The notes below the pieces were generated by a model that was given only the letters and a program-made list of their open reading frames with translations, had not been told where the DNA came from and searched no databases. From the NCBI RefSeq assembly GCF_001194135.2, contig NC_068989.1, positions 95,662,122-95,726,121 of the forward strand: a stretch of DNA of 64,000 nt. Direction: 5' to 3'. A program made the position numbers and the translations under genes. Below are positions 26,408-40,213 of this stretch, piece by piece (the stretch's first letter is position 1; each line of letters begins with the position of its first letter). This stretch comes from Octopus bimaculoides (lineage: Eukaryota).

Positions 26408-27984
26408 CTAAAATATTATTTGAAATCAATATAACCAGAATACACTTCAAAGATTTGTCAGGAACCATTCCAACATTACAAGTGTAATGTTTCACATATC
26501 ACAGAAATTAGAAATCCAGATTTTAGAGTAATTCATTGCAGAGTTATGTAAAAAGGCATTCACAACACTGGAAAAAAAAAACAACTCAGGTAGTTAGGAT
26601 TTAAGCTTGACCCTCCTTCAAAAATGCTTACAAAATGTCTCATATCCAATAGATCACATATATGATATAACAAGTAAAATATAATTTCTCTTTGTCATTA
26701 AGTAATTGGTGATAGTATCTTTATAACATAGACATAGAAAATATAACAAAATGCTCTGAGAATCATCATCTACAACAATATCTTATTATGTGCATAATAG
26801 ACTAAGAACTGAACGAAATGAGTGCAGATTCAAACATGTATAACATAAATAAAATTAATCATAGTAAATTTGCATAAATTAACATATAATATATTTACCA
26901 GATAGGGATCAATAAGCATACTTCCAATGCCCTCTTCTTATTCCAATAAAAGGAAACATTGTTTCTACTTTATGGGCCTAATTATTACCAAAAAGCCCTG
27001 GAAGCAATATGTATATATTATTGCTAGTAATTAAAAAATGTTATTGCCAGTAAAATGAAGAGTTAATTTGCTATTAAGCTTAAAGTGTTAATAACAAAAT
27101 TGCTTTTTAATTATTGCAACTAAATACAAAAAAAAAAAAATATGGCATCCTCAGAAAAAGACCAGAGCTACAATGTTTAAAGTAACTATAGCAAAATACT
27201 CATCACTTAAGTCCATAAATAGTAACACAACATGTCAAGCTAGTATACTTTGTAGGACCAAACAATATCTAACTGTAACAGTCAAAGTGCAATCAGAAGA
27301 GCAGGAATATCTAAAATGAAGAGTGAAGCAAATGAAAAATAGCCATTTCATGACTAAATGTCACTTGAAACAGCAAAGAGAAAATAAAAGCAAACAGCTA
27401 TTTTATTTGGTTTGGATATAATAGATAGCCAACTGGAGCCAAACTGGCTTTTAGAAAAGTAGATCAAGCTCTGAAGTAACACTTAGTCAAAATTTCAAGA
27501 GAATATATTTAAAAGAGCTGTTCTAGTAGCATATACAATACTACCTAAATGTCTGAGAATGAGTGAGACATTTTCTTTCCCATAAAAATGATGTACAATA
27601 ATAAAGTTATTTGTTGTATATAAAGCAGAATTTCATTTTATATGATAGCATGTCAGTTGCAATAAAAGCCTGTTTTACAAAGCTCAAAGTAATTACAGTG
27701 GCTGTTTAATATCTCAGGTGACAAAATTATCTACACACAGGAACTATATAGGAGAAACATGAAACAGCAAACAACCAACTCACAACACTCATAAAGCTAT
27801 TCTACTTTTACACAGTTGAACAAAGATAGAATTCAAAGTCCAAAAATTTTATTGTGACTAAATTTATTCACACATATTGATCATTGGTATAAAACATTAT
27901 CAAATACCAATAATATATAAACTTATACATGCAAACATAAACATAGTTGTATCATTCCAGAATCCCATTCTCTATGCAGAGAGA

Positions 27985-28000
27985 GGGAAGAGAGAGAGAG

Positions 28001-28065
<65 letters not shown>
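27985..28065. repeat. (GA)n microsatellite
   Basis: Direct reading. Confidence 0.97.
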
Positions 28066-28067
<2 letters not shown>

Positions 28068-28344
28068 AGGTCAAGGATATTTGGAGTAAACAATAAAATT
28101 TTTCAATGACAGTTTAGAAAAACAATTACTTTTAATTCAATTGAAGTGTATATGGCATTCACCTGCTGCTTTTAAAACACTTTGCTTTCTGCCTTCTTAT
28201 TTTATCCTAAATTCAAATTTATCAAGTTTCATGAAATGCTTACTGTATGATTCGATAATGAGTTTTAACATAGGTTCAAAGCTACAAATTCAAGAGGAGC
28301 AATGTAATTTAGTATATCAACCTCAATAATTGATTTATACATAT

Positions 28345-28440
28345 ATTATCGACCCCCCAGAAAGATGAAAGTCAAAACTGATGCCAACAGGATTTGAAAT
28401 AGGAACATGAAAAGACATAGCTAAATACTGCAATACTTTA
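28345..28440 (-). mobile_element. Second SINE family, fragment
   Basis: TTATCGACCCC..GAAAGATGAAAG...GGATTTGAAA, homologous to 61340-61495 and the reverse complement of 45005-45078. Confidence 0.6.
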
Positions 28441-28719
28441 ATTTATTTCTCTCTCAAGTTTACCATCACCCAGTTTTATGATTTAATAATACGAATATTT
28501 TGATGTTGATAAGTTATACCCAGTACACTAAAGCAATAAAAGTTTGGTTTGAATTTTCCAAATTAGAAACATCCGCAGCCAGAACATCAGTCTCACTTAA
28601 CAAAAAAGAACCAAGGTGCATATTGCCATAGCATTGTTATAAGTTCTATATGTTCACACATGTTCTTTGTAGTTAAGTATGCAAATGAGCAAGTAGATAC
28701 AAATTCACTGCAGTCAAAA

Positions 28720-28858
28720 ATGCAGATATACTAATAGGAATTGGTATCACTAATGAAGAGATTCTATGCAGAGCCAGTTCCACAAGCATTGAATCAAAGA
28801 CTCTGAAAGCATAGTTTTCACTATGCTTTCTGGACATGGCAACTGCATGGATAAATAA
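28720..28858 (+). mobile_element. Old RTE/BovB-like C-terminal fragment
   Basis: GITNEEILCRASSTSIES..., then in another frame SGHGNCMDK (cf. NEEVL.RA..SI...LRW.GHV.RM). Confidence 0.45.
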
Positions 28859-29846
28859 AGAATTCTTCAACAAAAAAAAAAAAAAAGAATCAAATGAATA
28901 AAGAATTCTTGGGCAACAAAAAAGAAGCTACAGTAAAGCTATTTGAGCAAAAATAGTATTTTCATATAAATCTAAATTTCTTTAGTTTCTAAATGTCTGA
29001 TATTGTAAAGTCTATGATCTGCTCTGTTTAAACTTAGGCATTATAGTATTGGCAATTCTTACCTGTCAACACTTAAGCAATATTTAAAAACACATCTCTG
29101 TGCACCTAATTCTATATATTCTATTACAGTGTTTCAGTAAGGATCTAAACAAAGCATCTGCAATTATTTCTTTTAATGAAAAAGATAATATGTATTCAAT
29201 ATTGAATCAAGCAATTCTACAGGGTTGTAAGCAGGACTCAAAATTACAGGAAGACCATAAAAGCCATGTGCATAGTTGTAGTAAGTTTCAACTTCAGCAG
29301 ATAAAAGACGTCACAAAACATACCATGGGATGTAAATTTGCATTCCAATGTTCAATAGTAAAATAACATAATTAGATAATTTCTCTTCTAAAAAATATTA
29401 TACTTTTTCCCATCAGGACAAATTAAGATAAAATAAATCTCTTGTAATCTACCACTGTATATCAAAATTATAATTAACAGAGTAACATTTAAAACTGATT
29501 TAAAGAGGACTGTGACTGCTCCTTAGAAATTAAATAATTTCTTAAATAATATTTAAAGACTTACAACTATCTTTGACAGTTTTCTAATTAGTGCTTAGAG
29601 TTCTCTAATTAAGAAACTAAACAAAGAATAAATAAATGAACTGCCTTTCAACAAATATTGATAAAGTGCCTTGTCAAAAATGTTGAAAATCACAGAAATT
29701 TAATTGCCTTATGTCACTATCAATTGCATTTGTATGAAACAATATTAAACAAAGAAATATCCTTAAAATTGACAGTCTTGTGTTAATTTTAAAAATCTGG
29801 TTCAGTTGTGCATAAGTGATACTCTAAAATATTTCTATTATTATCC

Positions 29847-30010
29847 TCTGAGTGGTTGGCGTTAGGAAGGGCATCCAGCTGTAGAAACTCTGCCAAATTA
29901 GATTGGAGCCTGGTGTTGCCATCCGGTTTCACCAGTCCTCAGTCAAATCGTCCAACCCATGCTAGCATGGAAAGCGGATGTTAAACGATGATGATGATGA
30001 TGATGATGAT
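29847..30010 (+). mobile_element. Young 5'-truncated RTE 3' end with (GAT)n tail and 7-bp TSD
   Basis: ATTATCC at 29840-29846 and again at 30009-30015; interior nearly identical to the other young copies. Confidence 0.9.
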
Positions 30011-30434
30011 TATCCCTGAAAACAATGTAAAAATTGCCAAAGAACAAAAAAAAAATGCTAAATCTGCTAAACTATTTTATTCCTCCTCTATCATGAATAT
30101 AACCTCTAATTTTAATCCCACACAATACTTGCTATCCAGTATGCAAGGTTCACTGGTTTCTCTTAGGCAAATACTATACCTAAAACCCATAATGCTTTCT
30201 GAGGGATACACAAATAGAAAAAGGAGAAAGAAAAAAGAGTTTCTGCTTATTTAGCTTACTCCCAACCCCTCATATGGTTTCTCAACTTTGTAATTCAGAG
30301 TTTTTGCTTTGCAAATTTCACCAAATAAGGTATGTAAGAAGAGAAAATAGAAGTTGTAACAGCATAGATAGAATAACATGTATTTAACTCATTAGAATTG
30401 AAATCTGCTTTATCCTGTCCCAAAACTCCACAGG

Positions 30435-30600
30435 CTGTATGGTCAAACAGGCCAGATCCAGGCATCATACCTCACTTACAATGTCATTCTCAAAACAAAC
30501 AATTACAACTTCAAATTTTCAAAGCCACAAGTTAATGTATGATTAACTGAAAAGAATGTGAATAGCTAAGCATTACATTTGACAGAGTAATCTGAATGCA
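30435..30600 (+). mobile_element. Partial copy of the TTAA-flanked MITE at 44163-44388
   Basis: ATG.TCAAAC.GG...GATC...TACAATG.CATTCT.AAAA...CATTTG.CAGAGTAAT colinear with the reverse complement of 44170-44335. Confidence 0.7.
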
Positions 30601-31054
30601 TCCAGAGACATGAAATTCTATTCATCGGAAAGACACCTTACTGTTCATCCAGCTGAAACAGGCTAATTTCTTCTCCATGCTTGAACATTTTGTAGGAGGA
30701 TGATAAAAGCATCAGAATCACTTCTAATAAAATGCAGCTTCAGAAACCATTTCATTTGTACAAGCACGGAAAACAAAGAGCAAAATAGTAACAATCTGTT
30801 CATCAGAAACTGTGTCATCTGAATGTTACTGAAGATGGAAAGACCTTTTTCTTTTTCTTTTCCCTTAATGGCTTAGTTCGAGCAGGAAAGGTAGTGCTTA
30901 TCATTGAAACTGATAGAAAGGAAGATGTAAGTGATCCTCAGATCAGAGACCAGGTCTAATTGCTTGCGACAGAATGCATTCTGTTAAAGATACCAGCAAC
31001 GAGGTGGTGTGTTGTTTAAATGGGAAGATAGCACAAAAAATCAGGAATAGTCTC

Positions 31055-31200
31055 CTCAACAGGCTTCCACCCAGTTTCCATTTACCAAATTTCACTCACA
31101 AAGCTTGAAAGAAAATAGTTACCCAAGATGCTTCACAAAGGGATTGAACTTGAAACCACAGGGTTGCAAAGTATACTTCTTAACCATATACTTGTGCACA
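31055..31200 (-). mobile_element. Degenerate tRNA-derived SINE
   Basis: CAGTTTCCATTTACCAAATTTCACTCACAAAGC...GGGATTGAAC...CTTCTTAACCA. Confidence 0.6.
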
Positions 31201-32364
31201 TACTCTCATGTAGTTGTGAAGTATTCCCAATAAGTGTTTGGTAATATGGCTGTAAATCATCTCAGAAAACACAGAATTGTAATTTATCAAAGTGCACAAA
31301 TCTAATTACATTTAAAAACACATTAAACTGTCTCTGTCTGTCTCTCTCTCTCTGTCTCTCTCTGTCATTTTCTGTCTGTCTCTCTGTCTCTCTCTCTGTG
31401 AGTGCATGTGTAAAATAACTACCAAAAAGAAAGAAATTAAAAAAGAGAATTAGCGAATTGAATTGTCTAACAATATAAGTTAATGATGATGATGATGCTC
31501 CAAACCCATGCAATATTGTTTACTTCAATGGTAGACAGACAAGATGTTTTATAGAAAGATGGTAAAGAGAAAAACAAAGGATTGGTATCATGAGATGCTG
31601 TTGACATAGTTGTCTATGAACAGATCTATGAAAATGATATTACAGTGCAAGAGCAAATACAATATATGTCAAAGTCAGGAGAAGTCCAAAGGATAAACTT
31701 TCACCACTCAAATTGAAATTGCATCATTTCATCCAGACTAGAAGCAATAAGATCTGTCTTTGTTCACTTGTCACCAGTCTTGATTGCATAGTTTTATTGA
31801 AGATGATAAGTAAATAAGAGCTTACAAGCAAAGAGGATCAATAAAAAGGAATCATTTGTATTGATGATCAAATAAAATGCATTGTCATAGTCAGAAGTTG
31901 AATTATAAACAATGACAAGTTTTTGAGAACTTGGAGTACATTAGTGATGCTATCTCAATGAATAGCTTTCAGTGTCAATAGTAAAAGTGAGGGTCATTTT
32001 TTCTTTTATCTTAGAGTTTTTTTTGTTTTTTTTTTACAATAAACACCATTGTCTTATAGGCATTAAGTACAGGATATAACTTCTCAAAATCTATGAATAA
32101 ATAAGAATGCAACAGAATATTTAAATGTTTTCAATAAGTATTAATATTCTTCAAAAGTTATTCTTTCAATTACAGCTGATTACAATAAAGAAGTTTATGT
32201 AAGCATGACTTTTTAAAAAATATATTTTATCTATTTCTCATTCATTTAGAAAACGTAATAATAGATTCACTTTGCGAACATTAAAACTGACCTTTAAAAT
32301 TATTATAATTGTTTAGCTTCGGGCCACCTCTAATTCAGCAGAACTATAACCAAAGGCTCGAAAG

Positions 32365-32600
32365 AAACTCAGCCACCTCACCTCTGTGAGGCCCGCTTGA
32401 AGGGAACTCAGCCACTTTGCCTCTGTCAGGCCCAACACTCACAAGGTACTCAACCACTTTGCCTCCGTCAGGCCCAAAATTCAAAGGTTGATTATTCTAT
32501 GTGCCACCAGCACTTGACAAGTCCTCTTCAGCAGAGAACATTGGCAAGGGTCTCGGTCACTACTCATTGACTCTGTGAGGTTCAAAGTTCGAAAATCATG
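32365..32600 (-). mobile_element. RTE 3' UTR internal fragment with tandem about 38-bp modules
   Basis: Three copies of AACTCAGCCACTTTGCCTCTGT.AGGCCC; the same module occurs at 14990-15012 and inverted at about 60660-60690. Confidence 0.7.
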
Positions 32601-32622
32601 CTTCACCATCTCACCCCATGTC

Positions 32623-32780
32623 TGGGCTTCTTTCAGTTTCCGTCTCTCAAATCCACTCACAAGGCTTTGGTCAGCCTGAGACTATAGTAGGAGACATTAA
32701 CCCAAGGTGCCATGCAGTGGGACTGAACCTGGAACCATGCAGTTGGGAAGAAAGCTTCTTACCACACAGCCACGCCTGTG

Positions 32781-32783
<3 letters not shown>
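32623..32783 (-). mobile_element. Well-preserved tRNA-derived SINE, 5' half
   Basis: Minus strand A-box-like TGGCTGTGTGGT (32772-32761), B-box-like GGTTCAGTCCC (32729-32719), then GGCACCTTGGG..GTCT.CTACTATAG and TTGTGAGTGGATTTG. Confidence 0.85.
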
Positions 32784-32819
<36 letters not shown>

Positions 32820-32832
32820 NNNNNNNNNNACA

Positions 32833-32890
<58 letters not shown>

Positions 32891-33157
32891 CATACAAACC
32901 TTTCATCAAGTAAAAGATTAAAATTTATATCACAAGTATTCTTCAAATATCACAGCATCTGAAACTATTGCATTAGAGCTGTTTGTGATAATGTTTTTAA
33001 ATGAATATTAAGTATCGAATATAAAATTATCCTTCGTGTTCTTGTATATTTGAATTGTTGCTCATGGCTAAACTTCCAGATAAGGAAACTATTCTTTCAC
33101 TTAAGACTTTTGAGAATTTGCTGCATTCAATCTCTTCTCCTTAATTTCACATTTTAA

Positions 33158-33259
33158 CCATTAGTGATGGACATAAAGAATAGACTAAATGAAGGAAAGT
33201 CATAGATACCATTAGTGATGGACAGAAAGAATAGACTAAATGAAGGAAAACCATAGATA
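33158..33259. repeat. 51-bp tandem duplication
   Basis: CCATTAGTGATGGACA(T/G)AAAGAATAGACTAAATGAAGGAAA(GT/AC)CATAGATA twice; 3 mismatches. Confidence 0.95.
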
Positions 33260-34734
33260 AGTCCAAATTTTATAATTATAATGCAGACAAAATTCTTTAC
33301 ACATTTAAAATCTTTCCATTTCAATGAAGTAATAAAAAAGCAAATAATTTATCTACTGCTTGCTGTTTGCTCCTGAATATAAGAATGCTCACATAATAGA
33401 TATATTAAAGATTAACTGGAGGCACTTGTACAGAATTTGGACACAGTAGGCTAATAACATCAATGTGTAAATGTATTTTATCTGTAGAATAACATTTTTT
33501 CTCAGAATGTGGAGTGTGACTCTGAATGGTAGGAAGTCTGGATAAGCAACTGTATACCATGTTTAGATAAGTAAACAAAGAGAAACATATATCTCTTATG
33601 TATTTAGATTGCATGGTTGATGTTACTTTAATAGTTGTTTAAAAAAAAACCTTCTGTGTATGCCATCTGGATGTATAAAAAGCATAAAATACACATCACT
33701 TTTAAAGGAAAATAAATTGGGAATAAAATGTCATAAAATAATATATTACATATTCCCCATACATTTTAATACTCATAACAAAAATCGTTTTTAACTTTTC
33801 TAGCAAAATATTTAAATCTATTTCAATTCCATAAAAGAAATTTAGACTCATAGAGACTTCAATGAACTTATAATATGCAACAAAGGAAACTACAAATCTT
33901 GAGAGAAATTTCAAGCAATTTAAATTAATATACTTTTTCTTTCAATGTTTCAACCACTTAATGTCAAGAGTTTCATCATAGAGTCACTAGCTTTTACTAT
34001 CAAAGATTATTGCAAGTGAAAATTATAATATATGAAATGGATTGGAAATTTCCTTAAGATATTTCTTTTATTTCTTTAAGATTTTTGACTATTCAGTTGA
34101 ATTAGTATTGATCAATAAAAAGCAAGCAGAAAGATGATCAATTAAAGGATTTATGGAGGCAACATATTTCATTGAATGTAATAAGTTGAAGACACATGAA
34201 ATAAAGTTTTTAGTATACTAATTTTTAAAGAGCTGCTTTCAAATGAAAATCTGAAAATATTAATAAAGGGATATTAAGTAAAGAAATTAAGTAATGAGGA
34301 AAAACACCAGGACATTCTAATAACCAGCATATCTGAATAAAAGAAATTCGTTCTAAGGCAGCATTTAATCAATTTAGTTTACACAAATTTGTTTGTATAA
34401 AAGATAGTTTTTCAGCTGATATAAATAAAATCATACAGATGTAAATGTTGAATGTGACTTAATGGATAAATCTAAAATTTATGAAATGTAATGAACAACT
34501 TTCATAAAGTTATGAAAGATATAAATGCTTTCTCACCAAGACCACATACCTTTCTATGGTGTCATTGAATATATAAAACTCGTTTGCAAATGTACAAGCA
34601 GAATAAAATCTATAAGAATATTTTATTTAAGTATATAATTCTTCATATACTTTCATTTTCGTATTTTACTTGTAGATTTGTCAAATAAATTTTCACATTC
34701 TCAAGAAGTAATACCTAATGAAGAATATCTATAT

Positions 34735-34736
34735 AT

Positions 34737-34800
<64 letters not shown>

Positions 34801-34820
34801 TTATCTACCTATCTATCTAT
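34735..34820. repeat. (TATC)n tetranucleotide microsatellite
   Basis: Direct reading; an opposite-orientation (GATA)n tract lies at 54780-54864. Confidence 0.97.
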
Positions 34821-35139
34821 CTGTGTGTGTAATCATGTTGTGTATACATATATCCTAATGTATATCTAAACAGCATTTTATATTTACGGTTTATACCCCA
34901 TTCCATCCCCAAAACTTCAAATTATTATGTAACAATAATTTGCATTTTATGGAAGTTATTAATTTATATTTACACAAGATAGGAGACATCTATCTATCTA
35001 TTCATGTGTGTATATATGCATACACACACACACACACATGCAAAAACATTCCTACAAGTAGATCTTAAAATCACTTTAGTAGCCACTTCAAGAGGCTTGT
35101 GATAAGTTTATAGATTTAACAGGTGCAAAGCAGTTAATT

Positions 35140-35192
<53 letters not shown>

Positions 35193-35524
35193 TCCAATAA
35201 TAAAATATTGCTAGATAGTTTCAAAGATTATATGCATACATATACATGCAGAATATGTTGTGTAAGGCATTATTTAGCACTGAATTAATTTTGAATGCTT
35301 CTTTACTAATGAAACATCTGGCATGTGTGTGTATGTGTGTATGTGTGTCTGTGTGCACATAATAACACACACAGATACACAGATACACACATACATATAT
35401 ACGTGCTTTACACACACACATTGTAAATAGAATTATAAGCTTTCATTATATATTGACTAAAGAGAATACTCTAATATTAGGGCATATTAGCTCCTGTAAT
35501 GGAAGAAAACGGACATTAGTATGT

Positions 35525-35597
<73 letters not shown>

Positions 35598-36119
35598 ATA
35601 TATATATATACATACACACACACACATATATATATATCAATTAATGAATATTAGTGTTTATGCAGATTTATTACTTCCCTAAGTAAGTTGTTTTCACTGC
35701 AGCTTGCACAGTCTATGCCTCTTTCATTTCTTCTTCACCATTTTAGCATGCTTTTTAGACCAACTATTTTATCATCTCATCATGCTGTCAGCACTAGAGG
35801 TGCTTTCTATCATAACTAAAGTATTGATTCTACCTTGTATCTGATCTCCTATGGAATTATTCATTTCCTAGATGGGTTACCTTCACTGTAGTGTGGAGGA
35901 GTCTACAGCTTCCTCGTATGATTAGGGCAACACTTAATCTATATGCTGTTGGATCTGTTCCAAATACCCAACTCACTAGGAATGTCATAAATGTATAGCT
36001 GAGAAGCTACATGTTTCTATGACAGAGTAGGGGTTGTTTAACCTACAGTGGAGAAGGAGTCCTTAGTTACATCTACAGATGGGAAACCATAACTCACTGA
36101 TGTGTGGTGAGAATCTTTA

Positions 36120-36240
36120 ATTACCACTTAAATGACATTGGTTGACCCAGGGCTACAGCAAAGACACTTGCTTGAACTGCCACACAGTGAAACACAGCCC
36201 CAAACCATGCTGTTATGAAGCAAACTCTATATCCGCACCA
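36120..36240 (-). mobile_element. Degenerate tRNA-derived SINE
   Basis: GGTTGACCCAGGGCTACAGCAAAGACACTTGC matches the reverse complement of the family body. Confidence 0.55.
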
Positions 36241-36307
36241 GAGCATTAACAGTGATTGCTTGCAGTTTGTGATTGATTGCACAACAATTCAATTTCCAAC
36301 CATTTTA

Positions 36308-36482
36308 AAAAGCACCCAGTACACTCTGCCAAGTGGCTGGTGTTAGGAAGAACAACCAGCCATAGAAAGCATGCCAAAGTAGGAAGCAAAACTTGGTGTA
36401 ATATTCTGACTTGCTGTTCCTGTCAAACCATTCAACCCATATCAGCATGGAAACTGGATGTTCAATGACGATGATGATGATC
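36308..36482 (+). mobile_element. Degenerate RTE 3' end
   Basis: AAAAGCACCCAGTACACTCT...GTTAGGAAG...GTCAAACCATTCAACCCATATCAGCATGGAAA...GATGATGATG. Confidence 0.75.
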
Positions 36483-36891
36483 ATCATCAAATTTCAAGGA
36501 GATTTGTTTACAACAACTAGATTTAATAAACATAGCACCAACAGGTGTAGATTTGAACTTATGAACTTGACCATTTTAGCTCATTCAAAACATAAATATG
36601 TAAACTCTAAACTGACAAAGGTTCAAATCAACTTAGAAACTGCTACTTATGAAATAGGCTAATATTCGAATAGAGCATAGTGGTCATTGTGAAATGACAG
36701 CATACAGCCAGGCATCTGTCATAAAGTCCATTTATAATTGATAGAAATTTTCACAAGAGCAGCACTTCAAATCCCTTTCCACAGACTGATTAATTTAGAT
36801 TTGAATCTACAGACTGATGAAATTAAAGTAAATATTATAGCTGTAATCTAAAAACAGTTGATCAATTCTTTTTTTTTTTTTTAAATATTCA

Positions 36892-37000
36892 AGAGACCGA
36901 TAGAATAAGTCCTGGAGTTGATTCATTTGACTAAAAATTCAAGGCAATGCCCCAGCACGGGAGCAGCCTAATAATGAAACAAGTAAAAGATAAAAAGATT
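36892..37000 (+). mobile_element. SINE 3' fragment
   Basis: AAGAGACCGATAGAATAAG...GCCCCAGCA...GAAACAAGTAAAAGATAAA, as in 25665-25773. Confidence 0.7.
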
Positions 37001-37433
37001 AAAGATATATATTGTTTCAGCTATTTTGCTATGGTGTTCTTTCCTTTAACAAAAGATGAACCCACAAAAAAATTAATCTAAATTTTTTATATGAAATCTA
37101 ATAACACATATTAACTGTTTGCATATTTTTCTCTCTATATTTAAAACTATTGATACATACAACCACCCACACAACACACTTCCATCTGGTCATCTGAGGC
37201 AAGTTTTTTTGTTTTTCTTGTGGAAGGCTAATAGTTACCAAAGCATGCGAGTCACTGCTCATTACACGACCAGTGATGTGCAAGATAAAGGCAGAACAGA
37301 TAGTTTCACATCAGTGTCATTGCAGGTGTTTTCTGTCAGGATACAAAGAGTTGAAACACCAACCATAAGGCTTTCTTACACTCTCCTTCACCAATTCACA
37401 CACACATTTCTTACTTACTAATCCAGGATGTCA

Positions 37434-37486
<53 letters not shown>

Positions 37487-38469
37487 TACATACATACATA
37501 CATACATACATTAAAAAAAATGATAATGATAGAAATTTATTTCCATGATAATTATTTTCACGAAAATTAAATTTGTTTTGATGATACCTATTTTCATAAA
37601 AAATAAAAAATTTTAAAAAATTAGAAATGAGCTTTATTCAGACAAATGATAATTTGTACGAAGTCAAATTATAATTTATCTATAATTTACATTGCCAAAT
37701 TGCATTATGTATAGTTTAAAAACCTTATATGTATTATGTTCGATAATCCTTTACCAATATACGCTGCAAACAATATATATACTACTGACTGAAAAAAAAA
37801 AAAAAAACAATTGTTGGTACCATATCACCACGATGAATTCTAAAACATCAAAGTACCATGGAGAAGTAAAGATTAATAACGTAATCTGTGGAAAGATTAC
37901 ATATTAGTAAACATTTCTTTTAGCTAGATGTGTCAGGTTCAACCCTACTATGCATTCCCACCTGGCTGACGGGCAGTGGATACACTTCATGAAGTGAATG
38001 ATCCAATAATAGTCAATCTCACCCATTTTTTATTATAGTCACAATATCCAGCTACTATCAGTACTGTAAAATGTACTTTAAGATCATGCAAACTGACATG
38101 TTTGGAGATAGTTCACTTAGCTTAACAAGTTGACAGTGCATGCAGATATAGCAGTAAAGAGAACTCCTCCCAAATGAAATTAAATAAAGAAAAACATCAA
38201 GCCATAGTATTTACAAGTGTCTTCTTCTTATTTGTTTTCTTTAATGGCTTAGGGAGAAGGAAAGGGCAGTTCAATAGCATAGCTAGTCCTTAACTTTTCC
38301 CATAGATATTCCCTGAATTATCCCCCACACCTCCTCACCTCAGCATAAAACGAATGTAAATCATAATACATCAATAAAATGCTGCCCTCCTAAATATCCC
38401 CCAGTAATATTCTCTTTAACAATGCAAATGAGGCAGAACCAATGACCTTTGCAGGTCATCCAAGATTTA

Positions 38470-38780
38470 TTCAGTTACATAGCTTGGACATTTGTAAGTT
38501 GTTGTGAGTGAGGAGGAAGGTTTGTGCAAGCCTAGAAGTGAGACACAATAGAAATGAAAATAGGAGGGAAAATGGATACGTTTGTGAGAGTCTGAATGAT
38601 GGAGGTGGTATGCAACAGACCAATTCTGAAAAGCAGAGGTCATTATACAGGCAATAGATTACGCAAAGTGAGGAGACAGTGCATCTGTGAGTCAGAAGTT
38701 GGAGCATGCTGGTGTGTGAGTCTTCTTTTCAATACAGTCAAGGTTGTTCATGTGTGTTGCAGAAGCCACCAGGGGTAGGA
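38470..38780 (-). mobile_element. CR1/Jockey-group LINE C-terminal fragment
   Basis: ORF 38471-38707 reads LQLLTHRCTVSSLCVIYCLYNDLCFSELVCCIPPP (cf. L.PL.HRR.V.SL.LFYRYY.G.CSSEL...PP). Confidence 0.75.
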
Positions 38781-40213
38781 GAGTAATATGACAGAATTCA
38801 CCAGAATAAAATATAACAGAAAGTTATTCGATAAATGTATTCAGTGTTTGAAGTGAAATTAACACAAAATGAAAATACAAAACAGAAGTAAATATTTCAA
38901 AATATTTTGCTTATATTTCTTTTAATGTCTTTCTACCCCCAACATCAGCATCAGCATCACCACTATACGTATGTGTGTGTGTGTGTGTGTGCGAAGATAG
39001 TTTTTTTAAACAGCTTTTTATAAAAGGGAAACATTCAATAATATTTGATCAAGTGTACAACTAATGTCAACGATATGTGAGAAAGTATGTAAAGCCTAAA
39101 AAGTACAGATAATTTCTGAAAATTAATACATAGAAAAAAAAAAAGAAAATTATCTTATGGACATATTTGTAGCAGTAATGCAAGGTGAATGGCTTCATAT
39201 GTGATTTATTATTTTCAATAGAATTGATAACAAAAATTATTCTTTTTTCACATTTTTGAAATTGGTCTTTTTCTAGTTTTCTCTGAGTTTAGTAAACTTT
39301 CAATGCAAATTGAAGTTTATTTTAAAGTGAATCATAAATGCCCTTTGCAAAGATAACTTAAACTACATTAGCAACTTATTGTAATACTTATCGTACATGA
39401 ATGGATTCATGAATGATACAATGGTAATTCAGAATGAAGACAGGAAGCAGCCATAAATCATTCATTTAATGAAAAGATACTCCTGTAAGTATTTTATCAA
39501 ATATATGAAAGTTTGAGGTTCAAATGTATATATCAGTTACATGGAATCCTTGTAAAAGTTGATATCTTTGTTCCAAATAACATTATGTATTGAAAGTAAT
39601 CCTACTTAGCAAAAAGCACACACTCGTAAAATTATAAATGATATGAGCTAAAACTATATTTTGAGCAATGCATATAAAAATTAACAATAAAACTTAAATT
39701 AATTTTTAAAATTGAATAATTACATACTTTTGAAAAGAATTGATTTTTGTGAATACTGAGCCTAAAATTATCCTTTTCAGACAAAATAATTACCTATAGT
39801 TCAATTTTTCAGATTATTAATGCCAATTGAACAGATGCTTGATCTCTTAAAATCATGATATTGATTCAGAAAATATACAGAGAAAAAAAACAGTTAATCG
39901 CAGATACTGTGTATATGTATATATATATATATATATNNNNNNNNNNNNNNNNNNNNNNNNNNNNNNNNNNNNNNNNNNNNNNNNNNNNNNNNNNNNNNNN
40001 NNNNNNNNNNNNNNNNNNNNNNNNNNNNNNNNNNNNNNNNNNNNNNNNNNNNNNNNNNNNNNNNNNNNNNNNNNNNNNNNNNNNNNNNNNNNNNNNNNNN
40101 NNNNNNNNNNNNNNNNNNNNNNNNNNNNNNNNNNNNNNNNNNNNNNNNNNNNNNNNNNNNNNNNNNNNNNNNNNNNNNNNNNNNNNNNNNNNNNNNNNNN
40201 NNNNNNNNNNNNN

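Noticed and set aside
29055-29150. Minus-strand CAG|GTAAGA donor
   Set aside because: No convincing acceptor giving an open exon.
32715-32783. tRNA-like A and B boxes as a tRNA gene
   Set aside because: No cloverleaf; continues into SINE body shared by many dispersed copies.
35700-36110. Possible RTE 5' UTR / endonuclease start on the minus strand
   Set aside because: Similarity too weak to support from sequence alone.
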